Under the pieces are notes generated by a model. It worked only from the letters and a program-made list of their open reading frames with translations, was not told where the DNA came from and ran no database searches. Made by a program: the position numbers and the translations under genes. Positions 51,762 to 62,274 of a stretch of 64,000 nt of DNA are shown here, piece by piece. Source of the DNA: Candidatus Latescibacterota bacterium (GTDB taxonomy: Bacteria > Latescibacterota > UBA2968 > UBA8231). Where the stretch lies: NCBI GenBank assembly GCA_965200315.1, contig OZ241362.1, positions 3,360,001-3,424,000 on the forward strand, in the 5' to 3' direction. How positions within the stretch are numbered: the stretch's first letter is position 1; each line of letters starts with the position of its first letter.

Positions 51762-53288
51762 CTAAAGAAGGCCGCTGCGATCAAGGGCCCGGTATTGTAT
51801 GGCCTCCGCCAAGTGCTGCGGCCGGATGGGGGCGTCGGCCAAGTCGGCTATGGTGCGGGCGACTTTGAGGATGCGGTCGTAGGCTCGGGCCGAGAGGCCG
51901 AGGCGGGCCATAGCTTTTTCGAGCAGGGCCTGCCCGGCGTCATCGAGCGAACAGTGGCGGCGGATGTGCCGCGTACTCATCTGGGCGTTGCAGAATAGCT
52001 CGCCGGCAAAGCGATCGAGTTGCCGCTGGCGGGCGGTGTTGACGCGCTGAAGGATGTGCGCCGAGTCTTCGCCGCCTTGCTTGTTGGCCAAGTCGTCGTA
52101 GGCGAGGGCCGGCACTTCAATGTGGATGTCGATGCGGTCGAGGAGCGGCCCAGAAACGCGCGCACGATAGCGGCGGATTGCAGCCGGAGAGCAGGTGCAG
52201 GTGTGGCGGGCGTCCGCAAGGTAGCCGCAAGGGCAGGGATTCATCGCTGCGACCAAGGTAAAATCCGCTGGATAGGCGATAGCGACCTGTGCCCGCGTGA
52301 TGGTGACGGCGTGGTCTTCGAGCGGCTGGCGCAGCGCCTCGACGACGTTGCGGCGAAATTCGGGCAGCTCGTCTAGGAAGAGTACGCCGTGGTGGGAGAG
52401 CGACACCTCGCCCGGGCGGGGGTACGCGCCGCCGCCGATGAGGCCCGCGTCCGAGATGGTGTGGTGCGGGGCGCGGAAGGGCCGGGTGGCGACTAGGGCT
52501 TGGCCTTGGGAAAGGATGCCGGCGACCGAATGGATCTTGGTGGTGGCGAGCGCTTCTTGCAGGGTTGGTGCCGGGAGGATCGTGGGCAGGCGACGGGCGA
52601 GCATGGTCTTGCCCGACCCAGGCGGCCCAACCATGAGCAAGTTGTGCCCTCCGCTGGCGGCGACTTCAAGGGCGCGCTTGGCGTGCTCTTGGCCGCGCAC
52701 TTCCGCAAAGTCAACCCCGTAGTCGGCGTTGCTGCGAAATACCTCCTCCACGTTCAATTCGTAGGGCCGTTGCTGCGCGTCGCCGGTCAAGATGGCCAGC
52801 GCTTCGCTCAGCGAACTGACTCCATAGACGAGCGGCCCGTTGGCAATGGCGGCCTCGCGGGCGTTTTGCGTCGGCACGATCATCCCGTAGAGACCTTGCT
52901 GGTGCAGGGAGGTGGCCATAGAAAGCATGCCGTGGACCGGACGCACACTGCCGTTGAGTGAGAGTTCGCCCAAGAGCGCGAACTCGGCGAGGCACACGGG
53001 CTTGATCTGGCGGGAGGCCACCAAGACGCCGACGGCTATGGGCAGGTCGAAAGCCGAGCCTTCCTTCTTGCGGTCGGCCGGCGCGAGATTGATGGTGATC
53101 TTGCGCCGCGGCCACTGATAGCCGGCGTTTTTGATGGCCGCTAGGACGCGCTCCTTGCTTTCGCGAACTGCGGAGTCAGGCAGACCGACGACCGTGAAGG
53201 CTGGCAAGCTGCGGTCGGTATCGGCTTCGACGTGGACGGGGTACGCGTCAATCCCAAGCGTAGCGGCCGAGAGGACGGTGCAGGGCAT
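51762..53288 (-). CDS. comM: ComM/YifB Mg-chelatase-like AAA+ ATPase
   Basis: VGLPD.AVRES, INLAPAD, GPPGSGKT, PFRAPHH, FLDELPEF, MNPCPCG, KVARTIADL. Confidence 0.95.
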   Translation of the reverse strand: MPCTVLSAATLGIDAYPVHVEADTDRSLPAFTVVGLPDSAVRESKERVLAAIKNAGYQWPRRKITINLAPADRKKEGSAFDLPIAVGVLVASRQIKPVCLAEFALLGELSLNGSVRPVHGMLSMATSLHQQGLYGMIVPTQNAREAAIANGPLVYGVSSLSEALAILTGDAQQRPYELNVEEVFRSNADYGVDFAEVRGQEHAKRALEVAASGGHNLLMVGPPGSGKTMLARRLPTILPAPTLQEALATTKIHSVAGILSQGQALVATRPFRAPHHTISDAGLIGGGAYPRPGEVSLSHHGVLFLDELPEFRRNVVEALRQPLEDHAVTITRAQVAIAYPADFTLVAAMNPCPCGYLADARHTCTCSPAAIRRYRARVSGPLLDRIDIHIEVPALAYDDLANKQGGEDSAHILQRVNTARQRQLDRFAGELFCNAQMSTRHIRRHCSLDDAGQALLEKAMARLGLSARAYDRILKVARTIADLADAPIRPQHLAEAIQYRALDRSGLL

Positions 53289-53342
53289 GCGGTTCCTTTC
53301 CGTTGAGACATGAGTACGCGACATCGGCGTTTTGCGGCGGAG

Positions 53343-53386
53343 CTATCCCCTAGCCTCCTTCCGACTCGGAAGGAAGCCGGGGGTAG
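53343..53386. repeat. GC-rich intergenic hairpin (REP-like)
   Basis: CTATCCCCTAGCCTCCTTCCGA / TCGGAAGGAAGCCGGGGGTAG imperfect palindrome. Confidence 0.5.
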
Positions 53387-53654
53387 GTTGCGCTGAAACG
53401 GAAACCGCCGCTGACCGCGTGCGGTAGGTGGCTGTCGCGCAGCGTAGTAAGGTCGTGTGCTAAGAAAGGAAACAAGAACCGTGCCAGCGGGGATGTGCTC
53501 TGAGGCCGCTAGGGATGTTGACATTCAGAATGGGAGCTAAGCGATACGGCGCTGACACCTATAGGCTACAGCAGGCCGAACCTCATAGAAGCGCTGGCTT
53601 ACTGGCCACTGATACCAGCTATTTCGGGAGGGATGGTCCTTGGTTCGCACCGCA

Positions 53655-54158
53655 TCCTTGCCACCTCGCCTGCTGCCAAGCCGCGTAAAATTCCTCCACA
53701 GATCAGTAGCGCACCGTGCGCTCTTGGCGACAGGCGCACCGCACGACCATGGCGTCGGGGGGCAGGCGGCGAAAGCGCTGATGCGCCGATTGCGGATCGG
53801 CGCGTCCGCCGTATAGGCACTCGCCGTCAACCCAGTCGTACACAAGTGCCGGACCGTGCGCGGTTTCGACGATGCTATGCAGTGCTGGCAAGGCCGGATG
53901 ATCGCAGCTACGTCTGAGCCGGGCCGCATTGTACAGGAGTGCCCCACGGGCCGCGTGGTCGCAGAATACCTCGGCCTCGGGATCGGTGGTTTTGACGAAG
54001 AAGCGCTCGCCGCCAACCTGCACTCCATAGGAGATATTACCCGAGTCTTGGGTGGCCGCGCCAAAGGTGGCAAATACGGTGCCGATTGCTGCGAGATACG
54101 GGCCGGGCGGCCCGTCGATGCGCTCGATGTCGCGCAGCGGATGGGCAGGCTCGCTCAA
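53655..54158 (-). pseudogene. Ser/Thr-kinase-like protein, internally deleted
   Basis: QDSGNISYG, FFVKT, HPALP.L, ALVYDW..GE (N-lobe) jumps straight to a C-terminal-like 'RY*SVEEFYAAW'; catalytic loop absent. Confidence 0.65.
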
Positions 54159-55141
54159 TTCTCGTCCATCACCGCTTGAATCATCGCTTGGATATAGCCG
54201 AACTCGTAAGCCCAAGCTTGGCGCATACTGTGGGGATCCTGGTGCCCAGGCGCGTGATCCGGGACGCACATGTGCTGGTAGCCCACTTCTTTGAGCGCCT
54301 GCATATTGCGGTGCATGTTCATCACCCCTTCGTCCGGCCAGACCTCTTGGAACTTGTTGCGCTTGCCGACGATGTTGCGAAAGTGGCAGAGAAAAATTTT
54401 GTTGCGCGAGCCTAGGTAGCGGATGATCTCGGGCACCTCGTTGAGCGGATCTTCGACGCTCTCGGCCATACAGCCCAAGCAGAGATTGACGCCGTGATAG
54501 GGGCTGGGGCAGATCTCTATAAACTGCTTGAAGCCGTCAAAGCCGCCCATCACGCGATCGACGCCCCTATAGCCGGGCGGCAGCCAAGGGTCGCAGGGAT
54601 GGCAGGCCATGCGAACCTTGCACTCGGTGGCGACCGGGATGACCCTTTCCAAGAAGTACGTGATGCGACGCCAGTTTTCCTCGGCGGTAACTGGTTTGTC
54701 GTAGCGCGGCGTATCGGCGTCGGCCTTTTCGAGGTCCCAAGTGCTGTAGATGGAGCCGCCGCGGCCGGGGGGCGTGCTTTCGGTGCGCTGGTTTTCGAGG
54801 GCGCAGAGATAGTATTTGATGGCTGGGATGCCGGCTTCGGCTGCCTGCCGCACCATGTTGATGACCAACTCGATTTCCTTATCCCCCTCTTCGTAGTTGC
54901 CCATCATGAAGTTGGGCACGGCCTCGCCGTTGACGTTGAACTGGGCCATGGGCAGGGCGACCATTTCCATGTTGATGCCGAAGCGAGCGCACTTCTCTTT
55001 CTTGGCGACCAACTCTTCGACGTCCCAGCCGCGTTCGCGGTGGAACGCGATGAAGTTTTCGTTCTTGTTGAAGACTCCGTGACGAGCCAGATATTCGAGG
55101 TCTTCGTCCTCTGTAGTGAACTGCTGGGTGCCGACGTGCAT
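54155..55141 (-). CDS. uxuA: Mannonate dehydratase-like protein
   Basis: YFLERVIPVA....VRMACHPCDP, LCLGC, HFRNI, PDEG..NM, PDH.P. Confidence 0.8.
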   Translation of the reverse strand: MHVGTQQFTTEDEDLEYLARHGVFNKNENFIAFHRERGWDVEELVAKKEKCARFGINMEMVALPMAQFNVNGEAVPNFMMGNYEEGDKEIELVINMVRQAAEAGIPAIKYYLCALENQRTESTPPGRGGSIYSTWDLEKADADTPRYDKPVTAEENWRRITYFLERVIPVATECKVRMACHPCDPWLPPGYRGVDRVMGGFDGFKQFIEICPSPYHGVNLCLGCMAESVEDPLNEVPEIIRYLGSRNKIFLCHFRNIVGKRNKFQEVWPDEGVMNMHRNMQALKEVGYQHMCVPDHAPGHQDPHSMRQAWAYEFGYIQAMIQAVMDEN

Positions 55142-55311
55142 GAAGGGCTCCTTGGTGGGGTGAAGGGGCTGGGTCGGAACAGTACGCAAGCCGCGCTAGT
55201 TTGACAATCCTTCAGGCCGCTGGATACAGGAATCCGAGGGCGCAAGGCGCTGCCTGCGTGGATTGGCGATCGGGCGCTGCATTGGGCGCACTGCTGAGCA
55301 TGGGAACGCGC

Positions 55312-55890
55312 CTATCCCGCGCTGAGAATCTGACTGCGGCGGAAGCAGTCGAGTACGTGGTCGTTGACCATGCCGGTGGCCTGCATGTGGGCGTAGATAA
55401 CGATCGCGCCGATGAATTTGAAGCCGCGGCTTTTGAGGTCTTTGCTCAAGGCGTCGGATTCGCGACTGGTGGCTGGTAAATCGGCGCGGGTGCGAAACTC
55501 GTTGACTATAGGCTCGCCACCGACAAAGCGCCAGACATAGGCGCTGAAGCTGCCGAATTCGTCCTGCACGGCGAGGAAGTGCCGAGCGTTTTCTACGGCC
55601 GCGCCAATTTTGCGGCGATTGCGAATCAGCCCGGGGTCTTGGAGCATCTGTTCAACCTTGGCTGCGCTGAAACGAGCGACTTTGGCAGGGTCGAATTCGG
55701 CGAAGGCTTGGCGGTAGTTGGCACGCTTGCGGAGGACGGTGTACCAACTGAGGCCAGCTTGGGCGGATTCGAGGGTGAGAAACTCGAAGTGCTTGCGGTC
55801 GTCGTGGACTGGGACTCCCCACTCGCGGTCGTGGTACGCGACGTAATCGGGTTTGTCGAGGTCGAGCCACGGGCAGCGTTGGAGGGCCAT
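55312..55890 (-). CDS. tag: DNA-3-methyladenine glycosylase I
   Basis: RCPW, YHDREWG, LESAQAGLSW, IRNRRKI, GMVNDH...C. Confidence 0.96.
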   Translation of the reverse strand: MALQRCPWLDLDKPDYVAYHDREWGVPVHDDRKHFEFLTLESAQAGLSWYTVLRKRANYRQAFAEFDPAKVARFSAAKVEQMLQDPGLIRNRRKIGAAVENARHFLAVQDEFGSFSAYVWRFVGGEPIVNEFRTRADLPATSRESDALSKDLKSRGFKFIGAIVIYAHMQATGMVNDHVLDCFRRSQILSAG

Positions 55891-55891
55891 A

Positions 55892-58351
55892 TCAGCGTAC
55901 ATCGGCGGGAAAATCAAACGCGGCCTTGCACTCTGACCCGAGCTTCAATCGCGCGTCGAATTTGCCGCCCTTTTTGCTCTTAAAGCCCTTGATTACCCCG
56001 GTTTTGCCTTTGGCGATCAAGGTGTGGATTTGCTTTTCGGTCAGCTTCTTGCCCGCCATTTCCTTCCACACCACAAAGCCGCACCCTTCGCGATAGCGAT
56101 TGCAGCCAAAGCCGCGCTGGCCCTCGATAATTTGGCCCTGCTGGCACTTGGGACAGGTGAGGATGGCGGCGGATCGGGCGGTCTTTTCTGGCGTCCCCTT
56201 GTTAGCGGAGCCATTCTGCGGCCGCTCATCAAACTCAAAGACGACCTTGAACTCATCGTCGAATTTGAGCCGCGCCGCAAACTTCTTGCCGGTCTTGGCA
56301 ACAAAGCCCTGCATCTTTTCGGTGCGGCCGTTGGCCATCAATAACTGCGCCTGCTTTTCGGTCAGCTTCTTGCGCGCCACTGTCTTCCAGATAGTCAAGT
56401 TGCATCCCTCTCGGTAGCGGCTGCATCCGTACGCCTTGGCGTTTTCTACTACTTGCCCCTCTTTGCACTTGGGACAAGGGCCCAACACCTTGCCGTGGCC
56501 CTTACCCCGGCCCCTCTTCTTGCCTTGTGCCTGCGCCGCTTGTTCGGGGGATAGCGCTGGCCCTTGCTGGACCTCGGGCACCAGCGTCTTCACCAAGTCG
56601 GCGATCCCTTCGTAGAAACTCGCTACCGGCCGCTGCCCCTCCTCGATTTCCTTGAGTTGTTGCTCCCACTCGGCCGTCAACTCCGGGCTGCGCAGCGGTT
56701 CGGCCACCAAGCCCACGAGTGCTTTGCCCTTCTCAGTCGAGGTGATCGCCTTGCGGTCGCGGACTACATAGCCGGTGCGAATCAGCTTTTCGATGGTCTC
56801 GGCTCGCGTGGCTGGCGTGCCCAGCCCCGATTCCTTCATGGCCGCAGCCAACTCGTCGTCTTCGATTTCGCGGCCGGCGTTCTTCATGGCCGTTAGGAGC
56901 GTGGCGTCTGTGTAGGGTCGCGGCGGCTGGGTTTCCTTTTCGACCACATCCATGCTCGTTACGCGAACTTGCTGACCTTGTTGCAGCGGCGGGAGCGCCT
57001 GTCGCTGGTCATCGTCCTTCTCTTGGCTCTTTGCAGCGTTTGGAGGTCGCATGGCGACGACCGTCCAGCCCGCCTCTAAGACGACAGACCCTTTGGCCAC
57101 AAAGTCGGCCCCGCCGATGTCGAGCAAGACGGTCGTCTCTTCGACCTGCTGGTCGGGCAGGAAGACGCCGACAAAGCGCGCCACTATTAGGTCGTACACC
57201 TTCTGTAGGTCTGGTGCGAGATTGGGGGCGGGCTGTTGCCCGGTGGGAATAATGGCGTGGTGATCGGTGAGCTTGGTGCGATCGACATACGCTCTGCTGA
57301 GCCGGTGCCCGCCGCGCAGGCGCGCCAGCGCCACCGCGGCCTGTGGGTGCGCTAGCTTTTCCAAGATGCCGGGCAACTTGGGCACCATGTCTTCGGAGAT
57401 GTGGCGGCTCTCGGTGCGCGGGTACGTGATGAGCTTGTGGGTTTCGTACAGAGATTGGGCGCGTTCGAGGGTTTGCGCCGCAGTGAAGCCAAAGTAGCGG
57501 TTGGCGTCGCGCTGGAGATTGTTGAGGTCGTAGAGGGGGGGAGGCCGGTTTCTTTTGACTTTCTGCTCAATTTTGCGGACGGTGCCGACCTTGTTGGGGC
57601 TGAGCTGGCGATGCAGGTGCTCGGCCTCCTCCTTCTTGTCGATGCGCGTCTGGCCGTCCTTGCAGTACTTGGCGGCAAAGCCCTCTGCTAGCTGTGCCAC
57701 CAACTCGTAGAAGTACGCCTTTACAAAGCTGGCAATCGCCGCATCGCGCTTGACGATCATCGCCAAGGTTGGCGTCTGCACGCGGCCGATGGTGCAAAGC
57801 GCCTTGTTGTGGACAGTGTAGGCGCGGGTCAGGTTCATGCCCATCAGCCAGTCGGCTTGGCCGCGCACCCGCGCAGCTGCCGCGAGGTGATCGAAGGCCG
57901 CTCCTTCCTGCAGGGCGCGGAAGCCGCTCTGAATCGCCTCGTCGGTCAGGCTCGAAACCCACAGCCTGCTAACCGGCTTTTTGCCGCGGGCGTGCTCGTA
58001 GATCAGGCGAAAGATGTGTTCGCCCTCGCGCCCGGCATCTGTGGCGCAGATAACGCGCTCTGTCTGGGCGCTGTTGAGCAGTTTTTTGACGATTTGGTAC
58101 TGGTCGGAGGTCGAGCGCGCTGTCTTGAGCTTCCACTGCTCGGGGATCATCGGTAGCTGGGCAAAGGACCAGCGGCTGTTCCAAGGTGGGCCGTAATCGT
58201 CTGGCTCGGCAAATTGCACGAGATGCCCTAGTGCCCAAGTGACGATATAGCCGTTGCCCTCGACGTAGCCTTGGCCGCGTTTGTTGGCCCCTAAGACGCG
58301 GGCAATGTCGCGCGCCACACTGGGCTTTTCGGTGAGGACGACGGTGGCCAT
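55892..58351 (-). CDS. topB: DNA topoisomerase III with C-terminal Zn-ribbon/toprim_C repeats
   Basis: EKPSVA, ATDAGREGE, GRVQTPTL, TYPRT catalytic Tyr, DHHAIIP, GLGTPATRA; two CPKC...C...C repeats. Confidence 0.95.
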   Translation of the reverse strand: MATVVLTEKPSVARDIARVLGANKRGQGYVEGNGYIVTWALGHLVQFAEPDDYGPPWNSRWSFAQLPMIPEQWKLKTARSTSDQYQIVKKLLNSAQTERVICATDAGREGEHIFRLIYEHARGKKPVSRLWVSSLTDEAIQSGFRALQEGAAFDHLAAAARVRGQADWLMGMNLTRAYTVHNKALCTIGRVQTPTLAMIVKRDAAIASFVKAYFYELVAQLAEGFAAKYCKDGQTRIDKKEEAEHLHRQLSPNKVGTVRKIEQKVKRNRPPPLYDLNNLQRDANRYFGFTAAQTLERAQSLYETHKLITYPRTESRHISEDMVPKLPGILEKLAHPQAAVALARLRGGHRLSRAYVDRTKLTDHHAIIPTGQQPAPNLAPDLQKVYDLIVARFVGVFLPDQQVEETTVLLDIGGADFVAKGSVVLEAGWTVVAMRPPNAAKSQEKDDDQRQALPPLQQGQQVRVTSMDVVEKETQPPRPYTDATLLTAMKNAGREIEDDELAAAMKESGLGTPATRAETIEKLIRTGYVVRDRKAITSTEKGKALVGLVAEPLRSPELTAEWEQQLKEIEEGQRPVASFYEGIADLVKTLVPEVQQGPALSPEQAAQAQGKKRGRGKGHGKVLGPCPKCKEGQVVENAKAYGCSRYREGCNLTIWKTVARKKLTEKQAQLLMANGRTEKMQGFVAKTGKKFAARLKFDDEFKVVFEFDERPQNGSANKGTPEKTARSAAILTCPKCQQGQIIEGQRGFGCNRYREGCGFVVWKEMAGKKLTEKQIHTLIAKGKTGVIKGFKSKKGGKFDARLKLGSECKAAFDFPADVR

Positions 58352-58371
58352 GAATGTATGCTACTAATCGA

Positions 58372-58620
58372 CTAGCTCCGGCGCAATTCCGCGTAGCTTT
58401 TTTCCATCCCGTCGCCCGGCCCGGACGAGAGGCTGTTGTAGAAAGGTGCCGCGTAGATCGCCTCGACCGCGAGTTGGTCGGGCGAGAGCAGCGCCTGGAC
58501 CACTGCGAACTGATCGTCGATCTCGTTGTACGTATCGGTGTCGAGCACCATCCGCACCTTTTCTGTCGGCGGCGTTAAGCGCTTTAGGCGCGGGGCTTCG
58601 TCGAGTTTGGGAAAATCCAT
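58372..58620 (-). pseudogene. Nucleoside hydrolase N-terminal remnant
   Basis: VLDTDTYNEIDDQFA motif, but the frame stops after ~80 aa. Confidence 0.75.
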
Positions 58621-58719
58621 AATAACCATTGCGACGCTCCTCCTTTCAGCTATTGGCAAGCGGACCATATTGCTATATTCAAGCGCAAATTGAATTCTTC
58701 AACCACGGAGGAAATCATA

Positions 58720-59691
58720 ATGCCATGCTTGACAGACGAACAACGCGCACACTTTGACGAAGAAGGCTACCTACTAGTGAGGGGGGTGCTCGATGTGAAC
58801 GAGGTCATCCAGCCCATTATCGACGAATACCACGGCGTCCTCGACAAGCTCGCTCGCGAACTCTACCAAGCCGGCCAGCTCCCATCCACATACGACGACT
58901 TACCCTTTGGCAAGCGCCTGACGCAAATCGTCGTCGAGAGCGGCCAGATTCACGCCCAGTACTTCGACTTCTCCCTGCCCCAGACGGGCATCGCAGCCGA
59001 CACCCCCTTCTGGGCCGGGCCAGCCGTCTTTCGCTGCATTACCAACCCCGATCTCCTCGACGCGGTCGAGTCCATCGTCGGCCCCGAGATCTGGTCCAAC
59101 CCCGTCCAGCACGTGCGCCTCAAGCCGCCCGAGCGCCTAGTACCCAAAAACCACAACGGCCAAGCGCTAGTCAGCGCCACCAACTGGCACCAAGACAACG
59201 GCGTGGTTCTGCCCGAAGCCGACGACTCGGAGGTCCTGACGGTGTGGTTTCCGCTCAATGAGGCGACGCTCGAAAACGGCTGTCTGCAAATTATGCCCCG
59301 CAGCCATCGGCGAGGGCTACAAACGCACTGTCCGGGCGGGCCGGGGGGGCTGTGGATACCTGAGCTGTTTATGGACATGGACGCGGCGCTGCCGGTGCCC
59401 ATGCAGCCCGGCGATGTGCTCTTCCTCACTCAACACACCATCCACGGTTCGCTGACCAACGCCAGCGACGACGTACGCTGGAGCTTTGACTTGCGCTACA
59501 ATCCGATCGGCCAGCCCACGGGCCGCGACCTCTTCCCCGGCTTTGTCGCCCGCAGCAGAGCTAACCGAGAAAGCGTCCTGCGCGATCCAGTGGCGTGGGA
59601 AAAGCTCTGGCGCGACACCCGCGACCGGCTAGCGCAAGAGGCGCACACTCCCTTCAACCGCTGGAGTGCCGACGCGGCCGTCTGTGCCTAA
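58720..59691 (+). CDS. PhyH family dioxygenase
   Basis: WHQD, ENGCL..MPRSH, TIHGS..N....RWSFDLRY; ATG 58720 after GGAGG. Confidence 0.9.
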   Translation: MPCLTDEQRAHFDEEGYLLVRGVLDVNEVIQPIIDEYHGVLDKLARELYQAGQLPSTYDDLPFGKRLTQIVVESGQIHAQYFDFSLPQTGIAADTPFWAGPAVFRCITNPDLLDAVESIVGPEIWSNPVQHVRLKPPERLVPKNHNGQALVSATNWHQDNGVVLPEADDSEVLTVWFPLNEATLENGCLQIMPRSHRRGLQTHCPGGPGGLWIPELFMDMDAALPVPMQPGDVLFLTQHTIHGSLTNASDDVRWSFDLRYNPIGQPTGRDLFPGFVARSRANRESVLRDPVAWEKLWRDTRDRLAQEAHTPFNRWSADAAVCA

Positions 59692-59894
59692 AAGTTGGCG
59701 AGGAGGCAATGCTCGGGATCGAACTTCCAGAATCTCAACCACTGTTTTTGGGGACGTAGAGTCTGGCTTTTGATTCAGGGACGAATAAACCGATTGCTTC
59801 GCGAAACATGTATTACTCCCTTGTTTTATCCGACCAACTCGGCCGACGTGCAATGGCAATTCCCCCGTCGGCGGATCGCCCGATTCGGGAAGAG

Positions 59895-61232
59895 TCAAGG
59901 CCCTCGAATTCGTCGGATCCACAGGCGAATTTGCGCCGGGGTGGGCCAGCGAACATGCTCGGGAAGCGCGGTGAGTCGCTCCTCTACTTGTGCGGCGGAT
60001 AAGGTGGCCAAATCCGCCAGCGAACGAATGCCGGCTTTGGTCAGCAAATTGCCGTATTCCACCCCAATGCCTTGGTGCAGGTATAGTTCGATGAGATCAC
60101 GGGTGGCTCGCGTACGTTCGCGGCCCAATCCCCCTTCCATTTGCCGCCAAATTTCCGCCGACCTTCCAGCTTCCAAATCTGTCAGATAGACGATGCCCTC
60201 GTCCTGCAAAAAAGAGCGGGCAGCCGAATCCAGACTATCAACTTTGGTCAAGCGCGGCTTCACCGAGCCAACGTTCAAGTAGATGTAGTGGTTGACCGTC
60301 AGGGCGAAAGCCGTGGCCAAAAGGACGATGACGAACGCATTCCAGACCTTGGTCGGCGCGGGCCGCTGGTCCCGGTGTGCTCCCAATGGCGGCGCCAACC
60401 TGTACCAGACCAACAGACGATAGACCAGAGCGCATTCTACGGCAAAGGGAGGGAAGCCCAAAAAGCCGGCCAGCGGCATTTCAAAGAGTTTCAATTCTTC
60501 AAAAAAGGGCACTGTGTAGATCCACTTAACTTGGGCCCAGTAGTTGAAGAATTCCCACAGGCCACCGGCGATGAATCCGGCCAGCAACTGGCGGGTCAGC
60601 AGAGCGTAGTCGCCGCGTGCCAATTGATGCAGCAAGCTGTCGGGCAGGCGGCGGTATTCGACAGGGGCTAGGAGCAGGATAAAGGCGAGCCAAGTGAGCG
60701 GGAAAAAGAAGCGCGGCCACACAAGGACTAGTGCTAGCCCAATCAGGCCGGCTATTTGCAGGAGGGTTAGACGACGGGGAGTTAGGGGCCAACGACGGCC
60801 CTGCCAACCGGCAGCCACGCCGCGCAGACCCAAGTAGTACTCCAACCACAGCAGGCCGGGGAAAACAGTGGCAAAGGAGAAGACGGCGTTTAGCGTCTGC
60901 CAGACAGGGTGGTCGAGGACGAAGATATAATACCAGTTTTGCAAGCGGAAATTGATCAACTCAAAGGCGTACCACCCCACCGCGGACCAAAAAAGAATCA
61001 GCAAAGAAGCCGGGCCGCAGCGGGCGATAAGCGAGCGTCCTTCTCGCCACTCAATGAGTCGGTCTAGGGTCCAAATGATGCCGTACCAAGCGCAGAGATA
61101 AAACAAGGTGGTCACAGGTTCTACCCGGCGCAGCATAAGGACGAAGGAAATCCCTATAGATAGGGGCCCTAATAGAAGCAGTAGCGCGGACTGGAAACGG
61201 CGCGGGTCCAGCGGCGCGGAACAGATGGTCAT
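59895..61232 (-). CDS. Integral membrane protein with C-terminal DUF4332-like helix-hairpin-helix domain
   Basis: Many TM segments, FELIN..LQNWYY, LWEFFNYWA..KW.Y, MP..G.LGFPPF; C-terminal 'GIG..Y..LL..AGI.SL.DLA'. Confidence 0.7.
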   Translation of the reverse strand: MTICSAPLDPRRFQSALLLLLGPLSIGISFVLMLRRVEPVTTLFYLCAWYGIIWTLDRLIEWREGRSLIARCGPASLLILFWSAVGWYAFELINFRLQNWYYIFVLDHPVWQTLNAVFSFATVFPGLLWLEYYLGLRGVAAGWQGRRWPLTPRRLTLLQIAGLIGLALVLVWPRFFFPLTWLAFILLLAPVEYRRLPDSLLHQLARGDYALLTRQLLAGFIAGGLWEFFNYWAQVKWIYTVPFFEELKLFEMPLAGFLGFPPFAVECALVYRLLVWYRLAPPLGAHRDQRPAPTKVWNAFVIVLLATAFALTVNHYIYLNVGSVKPRLTKVDSLDSAARSFLQDEGIVYLTDLEAGRSAEIWRQMEGGLGRERTRATRDLIELYLHQGIGVEYGNLLTKAGIRSLADLATLSAAQVEERLTALPEHVRWPTPAQIRLWIRRIRGP

Positions 61233-62140
61233 TGAGAAGGGTCGAGTTCCAAGACCGCGGCCAAGCTGTCGCCTTGGTGGACGCGGTTGAAGACCCGCAG
61301 ACACAGGATCAAGCCCGCTTGGGTCGATACCACTTCCTCTCGTCGCTGCCCCAGATGATCGACCACCGTGCCGATTACATCGCCCGGTTGCACGGGTGCT
61401 TTCAATGTTACTTGAGGCTCAAAATAACCGGCAAAGGGCGCTGGGTAATTGAGCTGTACGTGCCCGGAGTTGTCGCGGTCGTCTTCTACTGTGTACTCGA
61501 TGCTCAGGGGCGGCAGGGTGCGGTCGATCATGTCCAGTTCGGCCAATACGTTCAAACAGCCCTCGAAATAAGCCTCCGCGCCTTGGGGGTCGCACGTGCC
61601 GCCGCCCATCCACTCGGCGTAGATGGCTGGTACGTTGGCGTCGCGGGCCACCGAGAGCATGCGTCCGTCGAGCCGGGCCGAAGTGCCCCAGATGATGGGC
61701 ATATTCAGTGCGCGGGCCATGCGCCGTTGCACGTTGAGGACGGCTTTATCGGGATGCAGAGTGTACCCCACGGTAGGGTAGAATTCCATGACTATCCCGC
61801 CGCTGTGCAGGTCGATCAGATAGTCGGCCCGGCGGATTTCCTCACTGACGGCGTGGGCCGTGCGCTCGGTGATCGAGCCGTCGGGCCGGCCCGGGCAGGT
61901 GCGGGCCAAGTCCAGTTCGTCTTCGGCCGTGCGCTGGCCGCGCCAATAAGCGGCTTCGTTGACTACCGGGATGGCGGTGAGGCGGCCGCGCAAAGCCGCT
62001 GGATCGAGGTGGTCCAGCAGGCGGCGGATGGCCGCCATAGATTCAAACTCGTCGCCGTGGACGCCGCCTAGGATCAGGAGGTTGGGACCTTTTTGGGTGC
62101 CTTCTATTACTTGTCGTGGCAGGGTGATTGTCGGAGCCAT
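61229..62140 (-). CDS. Succinylglutamate desuccinylase/aspartoacylase (M14) family protein
   Basis: GVHGDEFE, DLARTCPG, IDLHSG, YAE; C-terminal biotinyl-like hairpin. Confidence 0.88.
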   Translation of the reverse strand: MAPTITLPRQVIEGTQKGPNLLILGGVHGDEFESMAAIRRLLDHLDPAALRGRLTAIPVVNEAAYWRGQRTAEDELDLARTCPGRPDGSITERTAHAVSEEIRRADYLIDLHSGGIVMEFYPTVGYTLHPDKAVLNVQRRMARALNMPIIWGTSARLDGRMLSVARDANVPAIYAEWMGGGTCDPQGAEAYFEGCLNVLAELDMIDRTLPPLSIEYTVEDDRDNSGHVQLNYPAPFAGYFEPQVTLKAPVQPGDVIGTVVDHLGQRREEVVSTQAGLILCLRVFNRVHQGDSLAAVLELDPSQ

Positions 62141-62168
62141 AGGGCAATCCTACATCATGTACAAGTTG

Positions 62169-62256
62169 ATCCGCAGATGGACGCAGATAGACTCAGAATA
62201 GTATTCACAGGACGATCCGCCGCTCGAATCGTTCAAATCATTCCGCACTGCTATAG
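62169..62256 (+). repeat. ~90-bp dispersed repeat, copy 2
   Basis: Inverted homolog of 39209-39299; ends in CTATAG. Confidence 0.8.
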
Positions 62257-62274
62257 TTGGCTGTCTCTCAACTG

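Noticed and set aside
53343-53386. SRP (4.5S) RNA because of CGGAAGGAAGC
   Set aside because: The upstream CAGG and following AGCAGC of SRP helix 8 are absent; the motif is one arm of a simple palindrome
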